64,000 nucleotides of DNA from an uncultured Bacteroides sp. (GTDB taxonomy: Bacteria > Bacteroidota > Bacteroidia > Bacteroidales > Bacteroidaceae), in assembly GCA_949289295.1 (NCBI GenBank), contig CASENM010000040.1, positions 3,055 through 67,054 on the forward strand, read 5' to 3'. Of the stretch, positions 29,552 to 38,539 are shown in pieces. Numbering within the stretch: the first letter of the stretch is position 1; every line of letters starts with the position of its first letter. The position numbers and the translations under genes are program-made. The notes beneath the pieces are model-generated. The model saw only the letters and a list, made by a program, of their open reading frames with translations, was not told the origin of the DNA and made no database searches.

Positions 29552-30952
29552 TTAAATTTTTTCAGCAAGGAAAATGGCTTTCCTCAATGCTTCCAGTTTG
29601 TTGTTGACTTCCTGCAATTCGTTTTCTTCATCGCTTCTGGCTACAATGCCTCCTCCTGCCTGAAACCACAGCTCGTTGTTCCGGCTTACGAAGGTGCGGA
29701 TGGTGATGGCCTGGTTGAGCGACCCGTTGAATCCGATGAATCCCACGCATCCTCCGTAGGCTCCCCGGTTGTGCGGCTCCATTTCGCTGATAAGCTGCAT
29801 GGCTTTCACCTTGGGGGCGCCGCTCAACGTACCGGCCGGGAACGTGTCGATGAACGTCTTTATCGGGTCGGCACTTTCTTCGAGTTCTCCGCTTACCCGG
29901 CTTACGAGGTGAATTACGTGGCTATAGTATTGCGGCTCTTTGTAGAATTCCAGGTGCACGCGGCGGCAGTTCCGGCTCAGGTCGTTCCGGGCCAGGTCGA
30001 CCAGCATCACGTGTTCGGCATTTTCTTTCGGGTCGGCCAGCAGTTGGCGGGTCAGTTGTGCATCGATTTCTTTGTTTCCGTTCCGGCCTGTCGTTCCCGC
30101 AATCGGGTCGATGGTAGCCTGGCGGTTCTCGATTTTGCAATGCGTTTCGGGTGAGGAGCCGAAGATGCGGAATCCCCCGAAATCGAAATAGAACAGGTAA
30201 GGTGAAGGGTTGATGCTTCTCAGTGCCCGGTAAAGCTGGAAATCGTCTCCTTCATACCGCTGGATGAAACGGCGTGAGAGAACAATCTGGAACACGTCTC
30301 CCCGGAGACAATGGGCAATGCCCTTGCGGATGTTCGCCTTGTGTTCTTCGTCGGTCAGTGTGCTTGTCACGGGTCCTGTGGCACGGAATCCGTAAGTGGT
30401 GTAGTTCCGGTTGGCCACCGCCTTCTCTACTTCACGGATATGGTCCGGCTCGTCAGAACTTTGCATCTCAATCAGCGTCAGTTCGCTGGTGAAATCATTG
30501 AACACAAGCAGGTATTTGTAGAGGATGTACAGCATTTCCGGCGCATCGTTTTTCGGGTCTGTGCTGTCTTTCACCGGGATGTGTTCGAAATAGCGCACGG
30601 CATTGAATGTCGTGTAGCCGTAGAGTCCGCAGTAATGTGAATATTCGCCTTCCACGTTGAACCGTGACAGGAATTCGCGGACAGCTTTCTCCGGCCGGTA
30701 CGTTTCGCTGAGCGTATGTTCTTCACGGGAATGGTCGGGAAAAGTCATGACGGCCTTTCCGTGATTGACAGACACACTTGCGATGGGGTTCAGTCCGATG
30801 AACGAACGGTTGTTTTCCGTGCCGTGATAGTCGGAGCTTTCCATCAGTACGCTTTGCGGAAACAGGTCGCGCAGTTTCAGATATGTGGTAACCGGTGTAT
30901 GCAGGTCGCCCGGCAGCAGTTTGTATCGGGTATGATAGTTGTAAGTTTTCAT
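29552..30952 (-). CDS. trpE: Anthranilate synthase component I
   Basis: LMESS, GDVFQIVLS, NPSPY, SSPE, KENAEHVMLVDLARND, FPAGTLSGAPK, RGAYGG. Confidence 0.96.
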   Translation of the reverse strand: MKTYNYHTRYKLLPGDLHTPVTTYLKLRDLFPQSVLMESSDYHGTENNRSFIGLNPIASVSVNHGKAVMTFPDHSREEHTLSETYRPEKAVREFLSRFNVEGEYSHYCGLYGYTTFNAVRYFEHIPVKDSTDPKNDAPEMLYILYKYLLVFNDFTSELTLIEMQSSDEPDHIREVEKAVANRNYTTYGFRATGPVTSTLTDEEHKANIRKGIAHCLRGDVFQIVLSRRFIQRYEGDDFQLYRALRSINPSPYLFYFDFGGFRIFGSSPETHCKIENRQATIDPIAGTTGRNGNKEIDAQLTRQLLADPKENAEHVMLVDLARNDLSRNCRRVHLEFYKEPQYYSHVIHLVSRVSGELEESADPIKTFIDTFPAGTLSGAPKVKAMQLISEMEPHNRGAYGGCVGFIGFNGSLNQAITIRTFVSRNNELWFQAGGGIVARSDEENELQEVNNKLEALRKAIFLAEKI

Positions 30953-30975
30953 GAGGTGAGTTTTTGTTCATTCAA

Positions 30976-32151
30976 TCAGAATTTCAGATAAGTATCCATG
31001 TCCTTGTCGCCCCGTCCCGAGACGGTAAGCACCACCAGGTCATCCCGGCGGAAACGCAGTTTCCCGAGTGCGCCGAGTGCATGGGCTGATTCCAGTGCCG
31101 GAATGATTCCTTCCAGGCGGGTCAGCTCGAAGGCCGCACGGACCGCTTCATCGTCATTCACCGCCAGTACGGCGGCACGATGCTGTTTCGCCAGATTCGC
31201 GTGCATGGGGCCGACTCCCGGATAGTCCAGACCCGCGGAGATGGAATATGGTTCTTGGATCTGTCCGTCTTCGTCCTGCATCACCAGCGTGCGTGAACCG
31301 TGGATGATACCCGGCAGTCCCAGATGGATGGTGGCCGCCGAGAGAGGGGTGTCAATCCCTTTCCCTCCGGCTTCAGCCAGCACGATTTTCACCCGTTCGT
31401 CGTCTATATAATGGTAGACGGTTCCGGCCGCGTTGCTTCCGCCGCCGATGCAGGCGATGAGATAGTCGGGATAGTCTCTCCCTTCATGCTCCATGAGTTG
31501 TTTCCGTATTTCTTCGCTGATGACAGACTGCAGGCGTGCCACCATGTCGGGATAGGGATGGGGCCCTACAGTGGAGCCGATGATGTAGTACGTGTCCGAA
31601 GGGTGGCAGCACCAGTCGCGGATAGCTTCGTTGGTGGCGTCCTTGAGTGTCATGTTGCCCGATGTCACCGGCACCACTTTGGCTCCCAGCATCTTCATCC
31701 GCTGTACGTTGGCGTATTGGCGTTCCACGTCGGTCTTTCCCATATACACCACACACTCCATGCCCATCAGGGCGCAGACAGTAGCTGCAGCTACCCCGTG
31801 CTGCCCCGCTCCCGTTTCGGCAATGATGCGTTTCTTTCCCATGCGCCGCGCGATGAGTGCCTGTCCGATGGCATTGTTGATTTTGTGCGCGCCCGTATGG
31901 TTCAGGTCTTCGCGTTTCAGATAGATGCGGCATCCGTATTTTTCCGACAGCCTTTTGGCCGGATAGAGCGGTGAGGGCCGGCCCACATAGTCGCGGAGCA
32001 GATTGTTGAACTCCTGTTTGAAATCATCGCTTTCCATGATGCGCAGATACGCGTTTCTGAGTTCTTCCACACAGCGGTGGAGTATCTCGGGCACAAATGC
32101 CCCGCCGAACTCTCCATAATAGCCTTCCTGGTCCACTTGGTAAGTTTTCAT
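30976..32151 (-). CDS. trpB: Tryptophan synthase beta chain
   Basis: [15 protein letters not shown] (PLP Lys), [35 protein letters not shown]; start MKTYQV. Confidence 0.97.
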   Translation of the reverse strand: MKTYQVDQEGYYGEFGGAFVPEILHRCVEELRNAYLRIMESDDFKQEFNNLLRDYVGRPSPLYPAKRLSEKYGCRIYLKREDLNHTGAHKINNAIGQALIARRMGKKRIIAETGAGQHGVAAATVCALMGMECVVYMGKTDVERQYANVQRMKMLGAKVVPVTSGNMTLKDATNEAIRDWCCHPSDTYYIIGSTVGPHPYPDMVARLQSVISEEIRKQLMEHEGRDYPDYLIACIGGGSNAAGTVYHYIDDERVKIVLAEAGGKGIDTPLSAATIHLGLPGIIHGSRTLVMQDEDGQIQEPYSISAGLDYPGVGPMHANLAKQHRAAVLAVNDDEAVRAAFELTRLEGIIPALESAHALGALGKLRFRRDDLVVLTVSGRGDKDMDTYLKF

Positions 32152-32199
32152 AATGTATTTTGTATTTTCAATGAGTGAATATTCATTCGGTTTTGTACA

Positions 32200-32238
32200 C
32201 AAACAAAAAGGGCTGCCGTAAAGTACGACAGCCCTTTT
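32200..32238 (-). terminator. trp attenuator terminator
   Basis: - strand GGGCTGTCGTA-CTT-TACGGCAGCCC followed by TTTTTGTTTGT, between the leader ORF and trpB. Confidence 0.88.
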
Positions 32239-32275
32239 GCAATATCAGTTTTTATTTACATGAAAAATATGGTAT

Positions 32276-32362
32276 CTATATTATACACGGCTGGTTTCCT
32301 CTACGACTGTTGAAGTTGCAGAAGCGCCACCAGAAGTATGTATTTACCATTGAAAGTGTCAT
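32276..32362 (-). CDS. trpL: trp operon leader peptide (MTLSMVNTYFWWRFCNFNSRRGNQPCII)
   Basis: 28-codon ORF with tandem TGG TGG (32327-32332) immediately upstream of the terminator; alternative start ATG 32350. Confidence 0.85.
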   Translation of the reverse strand: MTLSMVNTYFWWRFCNFNSRRGNQPCII

Positions 32363-32393
32363 AAAAATGCGATTGTTCGTTTTGTTTTCTTGG

Positions 32394-32423
32394 CAAATGT
32401 AGTGATAAAAATGATAAATCAAA
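32394..32423 (-). promoter_or_regulatory. trp operon promoter
   Basis: - strand TTTG (32420-32423) N18 TACATTTG (32394-32401) matches the Bacteroidetes -33/-7 consensus. Confidence 0.72.
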
Positions 32424-32508
32424 ACTTTTTCCGGATTTTTTTTGTCATATATGAGAATTATGGTATTTTTCGCGTACAATTTTTGTCAGACCCTTAAATT
32501 TGAATTGT

Positions 32509-32979
32509 ATGAAAACAAATGTATGTACAGTTGTTATGTTTGTCTTGATATTCTTACTGCTTATAGCATTGTTATGTTGTGATAATAATTGGTCAGTAGA
32601 GCAATTTAAGAATCATGCTACTGATGTATTTATTATAATAGCATCTATAATAATAGTGCTTTTTGTGGTGTTTCTTGCTTGTTGCCATTGTCAGAATGGG
32701 ACAATGGAAATGTTTTTCTCAAATCTTAAAAAGAATTCTTCATCTTCAGAAAAAAGGGAAGTCCTTAAAGCATATGTTGAATCTCAGGGCAAGAATGAAT
32801 TTATAAAGTATGCTATAGAGCATGATAAGCTGGATGACTTTGTGTCTTTGAACAATGTTTCATCGGATGGACAGAGTGAGATGGAAAAGAGAATAAAAAG
32901 TCTGGAAGAGAAAATAGAAAGCCTGAATAAGAGAATAACAAGCCTAGAAAAAAATAATGAATACCCACATTTCTTTTAA
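32509..32979 (+). CDS. Hypothetical AT-rich protein with 2 TM helices and a C-terminal coiled coil
   Basis: Two hydrophobic stretches (VVMFVLIFLLLIALL; VFIIIASIIIVLFVVFLA); heptad tail EMEKRIKSLEEKIESLNKRITSLEK; visibly lower GC than its neighbours. Confidence 0.7.
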   Translation: MKTNVCTVVMFVLIFLLLIALLCCDNNWSVEQFKNHATDVFIIIASIIIVLFVVFLACCHCQNGTMEMFFSNLKKNSSSSEKREVLKAYVESQGKNEFIKYAIEHDKLDDFVSLNNVSSDGQSEMEKRIKSLEEKIESLNKRITSLEKNNEYPHFF

Positions 32980-33061
32980 TTATTAGACATATATCGAATA
33001 AAGTTTTAGAATGTTGACAGCCAACGTCCCGTTCCTTTAGATTTATAATTAATGAACATTT

Positions 33062-33976
33062 ATGGAAGAGATTATATCAATTGATAAAGCCGATGTTTAT
33101 AGAATTATGCTATTGGTTTTTGTCATTATAGGTTTTTTCTTTGCTTTCTTTCATGCGGCATCTATAGAAATGAGAAGAGTAAGCAGTCTCAATAAGTTGG
33201 AAAAAGATTTGTTTTGGATTATTGCTTTTGCTACTGTGATAGCAGTTGTCTTATTCTTGCTGACTTTCGGATTTGCTGATTTCCATAAAATAAATTTTCC
33301 TTTCGGCCGTTTCTCTACAGATATGGGCGATTGGGGTGATTTCGCCACTTGTGTGACGGGAATTTTTACTTTCATTTCCGTTCTCTTGGCATTCAATGCG
33401 TTTAAAAGCCAACAGCTTGCCTTAAGAAGAAATTCATTTGATTCTATTTTTGTCCAACTGTTTGCCCATCATATCAAATTGTATGAGAAAATCTCTAAAA
33501 AAGATGAGGGCAGAATTTTTTTAGATTACTATACAAAGCTTAAGGAGAGAATTCGTGACGGAAAGATGAATGATGAAAATGACATCCGTGAGGTATGGGG
33601 TTGTTTTAAAAATAATAGCGACAAACTTGTTGAATATGAGAATCTGAAGAATTATTTCAAATATATTTATCATGAAGTCAGCATTATCCGCGAAAATGAG
33701 GAGTCGGGGCTTCTGACAAGAGAAATTGCGAAGAAATATGTTCTTCTTATTCAGGCTCAAATGAACAATTATGAATTGCTTTGTTATTTGCTTAATCAGT
33801 ACGAATATTATTATTTCGGGCAAAAGGGATTGGTTAACAAGGAGCGTCAGAAAAATTATTATACATATCTCAGGAAGAATGATTTTTTCAAAGATTTGAA
33901 TCAAAGTTCGAGTTTTGAGAATGTAGTGCAACAATTGAAGAAGGCTTCTCGTTTGGGAGACAGCGGACCGCTGTAA
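33062..33976 (+). CDS. Membrane protein with a putative phage abortive-infection (putAbiC-like) domain
   Basis: 3 predicted TMs; GDWGDF...GIFTFIS..., FVQLFAHH, NYFKYIY, KKYVLLIQAQMNNYEL match my recollection of the G.FGD / F..L / YFR.LY / Y..ILRAQLS..EL pattern of that family; AT-rich. Confidence 0.62.
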   Translation: MEEIISIDKADVYRIMLLVFVIIGFFFAFFHAASIEMRRVSSLNKLEKDLFWIIAFATVIAVVLFLLTFGFADFHKINFPFGRFSTDMGDWGDFATCVTGIFTFISVLLAFNAFKSQQLALRRNSFDSIFVQLFAHHIKLYEKISKKDEGRIFLDYYTKLKERIRDGKMNDENDIREVWGCFKNNSDKLVEYENLKNYFKYIYHEVSIIRENEESGLLTREIAKKYVLLIQAQMNNYELLCYLLNQYEYYYFGQKGLVNKERQKNYYTYLRKNDFFKDLNQSSSFENVVQQLKKASRLGDSGPL

Positions 33977-33992
33977 TTTCATCGGAGAAGAT

Positions 33993-34000
33993 TATTTTTG
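33993..34000 (+). promoter_or_regulatory. -7 promoter element of the alkylation-repair gene
   Basis: TATTTTTG 20 bp upstream of ATG 34021. Confidence 0.5.
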
Positions 34001-34020
34001 TGTATTTTTATAGTATTCAA

Positions 34021-34734
34021 ATGGAAGAATTCAAGATTGACGGCCTGACCGTACGTGAGCATCTGTTGGAACTGGCCGAACGAGGAAACCGGAAATTCAC
34101 CGAAAGCCTGCATCCCGGAGTGGAGCATATCCTGGGTATCCGTTTGCCTGACCTGAGGCAATTGGCAAAGCGCATCGCCAAGGGAGACTGGGAGACCTAT
34201 CTGGAAAATGCTGGCGACGATTATCTGGAAGAGCGGATACTTCAGGGACTGGTGCTGGGCTATATCAAACCCGACGAGGACATAGAAACCTATCTGCACC
34301 GTGTCACGAAGTTCGTGTGGATTATCCGGAGCTGGTCGGAATGCGACACGTTCAAGTTTGCCGGGGGGAAGGCGTATTTCCGGAAGCATGAGACGCGTTT
34401 CTGGGAATATCTCAAAGAATGGCTGAAGTCATCGGGCGAGTATGAAGTGCGTTTCGGGGTGGTGCGCATGATGGAATGTTTCATTGACGAAGCTCATCTC
34501 GGCGAGATGTTCGTCTGCTTCGAGCGGATCCGCCACGAAGGATATTATGTAAAGATGGCGGTGGCTTGGGCACTTTCGGTCTGTTTCGTCAAGTTTCCGG
34601 AGCGGACGATGGACTACCTGAACCGTTCGGCACTCGACGATGACACCTATCACAAAACGTTGCGGAAGATACTGGAGTCGTATCGGGTTTCGGCGGAGGA
34701 CAAAGAACGAATCCGGCGGATGAGGAGGAAATGA
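34021..34734 (+). CDS. DNA alkylation repair protein (AlkD-like HEAT fold)
   Basis: LGIRLPDLRQLAK, EERILQG, SWSECD, YEVRFGVV, YYVKMAVAWALS. Confidence 0.85.
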   Translation: MEEFKIDGLTVREHLLELAERGNRKFTESLHPGVEHILGIRLPDLRQLAKRIAKGDWETYLENAGDDYLEERILQGLVLGYIKPDEDIETYLHRVTKFVWIIRSWSECDTFKFAGGKAYFRKHETRFWEYLKEWLKSSGEYEVRFGVVRMMECFIDEAHLGEMFVCFERIRHEGYYVKMAVAWALSVCFVKFPERTMDYLNRSALDDDTYHKTLRKILESYRVSAEDKERIRRMRRK

Positions 34735-34775
34735 AAAACCTCTTCCCGTCCGCATGACGGCAGACACTTTTCAAG

Positions 34776-34837
34776 AAAACGCTTCGGCGTTTCGGTTAAA
34801 ACGTCTAGGCGTTTTGATTGAAACGCCGAAGCGTTTT
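34776..34837. repeat. Triple-hairpin 22-bp-period intergenic element
   Basis: AAAACGCTTCGGCGTTTC ggtt AAAACGTCTAGGCGTTTT gatt GAAACGCCGAAGCGTTTT. Confidence 0.9.
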
Positions 34838-35020
34838 TTGGGAAGATGTCACCTTTCAGAATGTGTGTAATGTAGCTTGCATCAGTATAGGCATTTTGTT
34901 TCTTGGTGGCTACTTCCTTTCTTCGTGTTTTTTATTTTTTTTTTAGTACAATCTTGCTTTTTATATACTTTCTACTTACTTTTGTATGAACAAAAATGTT
35001 ATACTTTAAAATTTTATTTT

Positions 35021-35110
35021 ATGAGAAAAGTTTTATTTTTATCACTGGCATTTCTTGGTGCTTGCACAGAGACTCAGGATATTAGAAAAGATATTTCCGA
35101 TTCTAAATAA
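35021..35110 (+). CDS. Possible 29-aa small lipoprotein or lipoprotein remnant (MRKVLFLSLAFLGAC...)
   Basis: Basic N-terminus, hydrophobic core, lipobox-like LGAC; AT-rich initiation region; TACTTTTG promoter element at 34977-34984. Confidence 0.4.
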   Translation: MRKVLFLSLAFLGACTETQDIRKDISDSK

Positions 35111-35117
35111 ATATATT

Positions 35118-35657
35118 ATGAAAACATTCTTTATTTCCTTGCTCTTATTGAGCTCTTGCCTGTTGGCTTCTGCCCAAACCAAAGAACGTGGATTGTTCAT
35201 CGAACTGAATGGTGGATATGGGCAAATAGAAAGGTACGACAACACGCATGATGGATATGCTTTCCTGGCGCCCGCTGTCGGCTATCAGTTCAACAGCCGG
35301 TGGGCGGCCGGATTAAAGACACGTTTCGAGTTGGCTGCTGACAAGTTCAATACCTTCGGAGTTTACGGACAGTATGCCTTCTGGCAGATGAACAGTATAA
35401 AATTATTTGGAGAAGCTGCCGCTACAATATCAGCGTGCAGCGGTATGGACGGAGGAAATGACAATTACAGTGAAGTCGGATTGTCGGTAGGTGCGGCTTA
35501 TTCACTTGGCAGACACTGCAATATTCTTCTACGTTACCTCCATATAGGCTACAGTGATGCATATCACAGGAATGAAGGTTTCTGCCTTGGAGATGGAAAA
35601 TTCATTGTAGATGGTAATCTGAAACGTCTGCAAATAGGAGTCCAGTGGATTTTTTAG
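35118..35657 (+). CDS. Outer-membrane beta-barrel protein (OmpA/porin-like, about 8 strands)
   Basis: Signal peptide MKTFFISLLLLSSCLLASA; alternating beta strands; C-terminal beta-signal QIGVQWIF. Confidence 0.78.
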   Translation: MKTFFISLLLLSSCLLASAQTKERGLFIELNGGYGQIERYDNTHDGYAFLAPAVGYQFNSRWAAGLKTRFELAADKFNTFGVYGQYAFWQMNSIKLFGEAAATISACSGMDGGNDNYSEVGLSVGAAYSLGRHCNILLRYLHIGYSDAYHRNEGFCLGDGKFIVDGNLKRLQIGVQWIF

Positions 35658-35700
35658 ACCGTTCTGATGGCAGGGATGTTCTGTGAATGTCTCAAAAAAC

Positions 35701-35752
35701 AAGATGGCATATGGAGATGACAGGCCATAATCACTCCATATGCCATCTTTTT
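35701..35752 (+). terminator. Rho-independent terminator
   Basis: Perfect 16-bp IR AAGATGGCATATGGAG / CTCCATATGCCATCTT followed by T tract. Confidence 0.75.
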
Positions 35753-35834
35753 GTAATTTTTCAGTGTTTTCTCACATCTTTATTTTTGTGTATCTTTGCA
35801 GCGGAAATGTTTTATACGAAATCTTATCAGTTTT

Positions 35835-37154
35835 ATGGACATACAGACTATTCTTTCAAATCTGAAGATTGAGAGCCTGAACGCCATGCAGGAGGCTATG
35901 GCGGAGGCGTATGCGAAAAACAACGATGACCTGATTCTTCTTTCGCCTACGGGGACAGGAAAGACACTGGCCTATCTTATTCCATTGGTGTCGGCACTCC
36001 GTCCGGATGTCAGGGGTGTGCAGGCTGTGGTGATGGTGCCTTCGCGTGAGCTGGTTCTGCAGATTGAGCAAGTGTTCAAGTCGATGGGTACGGGATTCCG
36101 TGTGATGAGTTGTTACGGAGGGCGGCCGGCGATGGACGAACACCGCACGATGCAGAGTCTGGAACCGTCGGTCATCATCGGGACACCCGGACGCATGAAC
36201 GATCATCTGTCGAAACAGAACTTCGACGCTTCTTCTGTCGGCCTGCTGGTGATTGACGAGTTCGACAAGTGCCTTGAGTTCGGCTTTCAGGAAGAAATGG
36301 CTGAGGTAATCGGCAAGCTGCCGGCCTTGCGCCGCAGGGTGCTTCTCTCGGCTACCGATGCTGAAGAGATACCGAGGTTTACGGGCATGCGCCGTACGGT
36401 GAAACTGGATTTTCTGGAGGGCGACGGCAATATGGACGGCCGTCTGCATGTGTATAAGGTGATGTCGCCGGAAAAAGACAAGTTGGAGACCCTCTACAAC
36501 CTGCTCTGCTGTCTGGGACAGGAACCTACGCTGGTGTTCTGCAACTACCGCGAGAGTGTGGAACGGGTAGGGAAGTATCTCCATTCGATGAAAGTGTATT
36601 GCGAGACATTCCACGGCGGTATGGAACAGGACGTGCGCGAGCGTGCCCTCTACAAGTTCCGCAACGGGAGCTGCCATATATTCATTTCAACCGATCTGGC
36701 CGCGCGCGGACTTGACATCCCCACTATCCGGAACGTGGTGCACTATCATCTGCCCATTGATGAAGACGGCTATGTACATCGGAACGGGCGTACGGCACGG
36801 TGGGAGGCCGACGGGAATGCCTACATCATTCTGCATCCTGAAGAGACGCTCCCCAGCTATGTCACTCCGGAACCGGATACGTTTGCGTTTCCCGAAAGGA
36901 TACCTGCGCCTTCGCTCCCTGAATTTGTGACCCTCTATTTCGGGAAAGGGAAAAAAGACAAAATCAACAAGGTGGATATTGTGGGATTTCTCTCGAAGAA
37001 AGGCGGCCTCAAGAAAGACGAAATCGGACAGGTTGACGTGAAAGAGCATTACGCTTTTGCGGCCATTGCGCGGGAAAAGGCAAAACAAACGTTAAAACTC
37101 GTACAGAATGAAAAGATTAAGGGGGTGAAAACTTTGATAGAACTGGCAAAATGA
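35835..37154 (+). CDS. dbpA: DEAD/DEAH-box RNA helicase with DbpA-type RNA-binding domain
   Basis: SPTGTGKT, PSRELV, DEFD, SAT, ARGLD, HRNGRTAR; C-terminal LYFGKGKKDKINKVDIVGFL; promoter TATCTTTG at 35791-35798. Confidence 0.85.
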   Translation: MDIQTILSNLKIESLNAMQEAMAEAYAKNNDDLILLSPTGTGKTLAYLIPLVSALRPDVRGVQAVVMVPSRELVLQIEQVFKSMGTGFRVMSCYGGRPAMDEHRTMQSLEPSVIIGTPGRMNDHLSKQNFDASSVGLLVIDEFDKCLEFGFQEEMAEVIGKLPALRRRVLLSATDAEEIPRFTGMRRTVKLDFLEGDGNMDGRLHVYKVMSPEKDKLETLYNLLCCLGQEPTLVFCNYRESVERVGKYLHSMKVYCETFHGGMEQDVRERALYKFRNGSCHIFISTDLAARGLDIPTIRNVVHYHLPIDEDGYVHRNGRTARWEADGNAYIILHPEETLPSYVTPEPDTFAFPERIPAPSLPEFVTLYFGKGKKDKINKVDIVGFLSKKGGLKKDEIGQVDVKEHYAFAAIAREKAKQTLKLVQNEKIKGVKTLIELAK

Positions 37155-37413
37155 TAACTTTGTGTCAGAAGTGACGGGCGGAAGAGGAGTCTTCCGCTCA
37201 TTTTGCCATACATGTTCCGCAAGGCGGAGGGATGGACGGTGGTCCTGTGTGTCAATATGACAGGAAAAATGTACTTCAGTTGGTATTTTGAAAGAGTTTT
37301 TTCAATCTCCCTATAAAATTATCATCAAAACTTTTGGTTTTATAAAAATAATCGCTAAATTCGCCGATGTGAATTTGATGAATATAATTGTAGAACCAAT
37401 AAACAAACTACCA

Positions 37414-38490
37414 ATGAAGAAACACAATTTTAATGCGGGACCCTCTATCTTGCCTCGCGAAGTAATTGAAAAAACAGCTCAAGCCATACTTGATTTCAAT
37501 GGTTCAGGACTTTCGTTGATGGAAATCAGTCACCGCGCTAAAGACTTCCAGCCGGTGGTAGACGAAGCGGTTGCCTTGTTCAAAGAACTTCTGAATATTC
37601 CGGAGGGCTATTCGGTGTTGTTCCTTGGCGGAGGCGCAAGTCTGGAGTTCTGTATGGTTCCGTATAACTTCCTCGAAAAGAAAGCGGCTTATCTGAATAC
37701 GGGTGCATGGGCGAAAAAGGCGATGAAGGAAGCCAAGGCTTTCGGCGAAACGGTCGAGGTGGCTTCTTCTGAGAAAGATACTTATACATATATTCCGAAA
37801 GGTTTTGAAGCCAATGTGCCGGCTGATGCCGACTATTTCCATATCACGACCAACAATACGATTTACGGAACGGAGTTGCATGCGGATCCGGAAGTGTCTG
37901 TGCCGATGGTTGCCGACATGTCGTCCGACATTTTCTCCCGTCCGGTGGATGTGTCGAAGTATATCTGTATCTATGGCGGCGCGCAGAAGAATCTGGCCCC
38001 CTCGGGCGTGACTTTTGTCATTGTGAGAAACGATGCGTTGGGCAAGGTGTCACGGCATATCCCGACCATGCTGAACTATCAGACACATGTCGACAAAGGT
38101 TCCATGTTCAATACGCCTCCGGTGGTGCCCATTTATGCGGCTCTCCAGACTTTGCGCTGGATCAAGGCGCAGGGCGGCGTAGAAGAAATGCAGCGCCGTG
38201 CCAAAGTGCGTGCGGACATGCTGTATGCTGAAATCGACCGCAACAAGATGTTCCGCGGTACGGTGACGGCTCCGGAAGACCGTTCGTATATGAATATCTG
38301 TTTCGTGATGGCCGACGAGTATAAGGAACTGGAGGCTGACTTCCTGAAGTTCGCAACCGAAAAAGGTATGGTGGGCGTGAAGGGTCACCGTTCGGTGGGC
38401 GGTTTCCGTGCTTCCTGCTACAATGCCATGCCGGTTGAAAGTGTGCAGGCTCTGATTGACTGCATGCAGGAATTTGAGAAGATGCATTGA
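37414..38490 (+). CDS. serC: Phosphoserine aminotransferase
   Basis: [41 protein letters not shown]. Confidence 0.97.
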   Translation: MKKHNFNAGPSILPREVIEKTAQAILDFNGSGLSLMEISHRAKDFQPVVDEAVALFKELLNIPEGYSVLFLGGGASLEFCMVPYNFLEKKAAYLNTGAWAKKAMKEAKAFGETVEVASSEKDTYTYIPKGFEANVPADADYFHITTNNTIYGTELHADPEVSVPMVADMSSDIFSRPVDVSKYICIYGGAQKNLAPSGVTFVIVRNDALGKVSRHIPTMLNYQTHVDKGSMFNTPPVVPIYAALQTLRWIKAQGGVEEMQRRAKVRADMLYAEIDRNKMFRGTVTAPEDRSYMNICFVMADEYKELEADFLKFATEKGMVGVKGHRSVGGFRASCYNAMPVESVQALIDCMQEFEKMH

Positions 38491-38539
38491 TTTTTATAAT
38501 ACTTGCGGAACTTTGCTCCGCTTTTAAAGTCATTTACTT

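Noticed and set aside
32980-33061. attC-like site (GTTGACAGCCAAC) between the two AT-rich genes
   Set aside because: Does not fit the RYYYAAC...GTTRRRY core-site pattern, and no integron integrase is present
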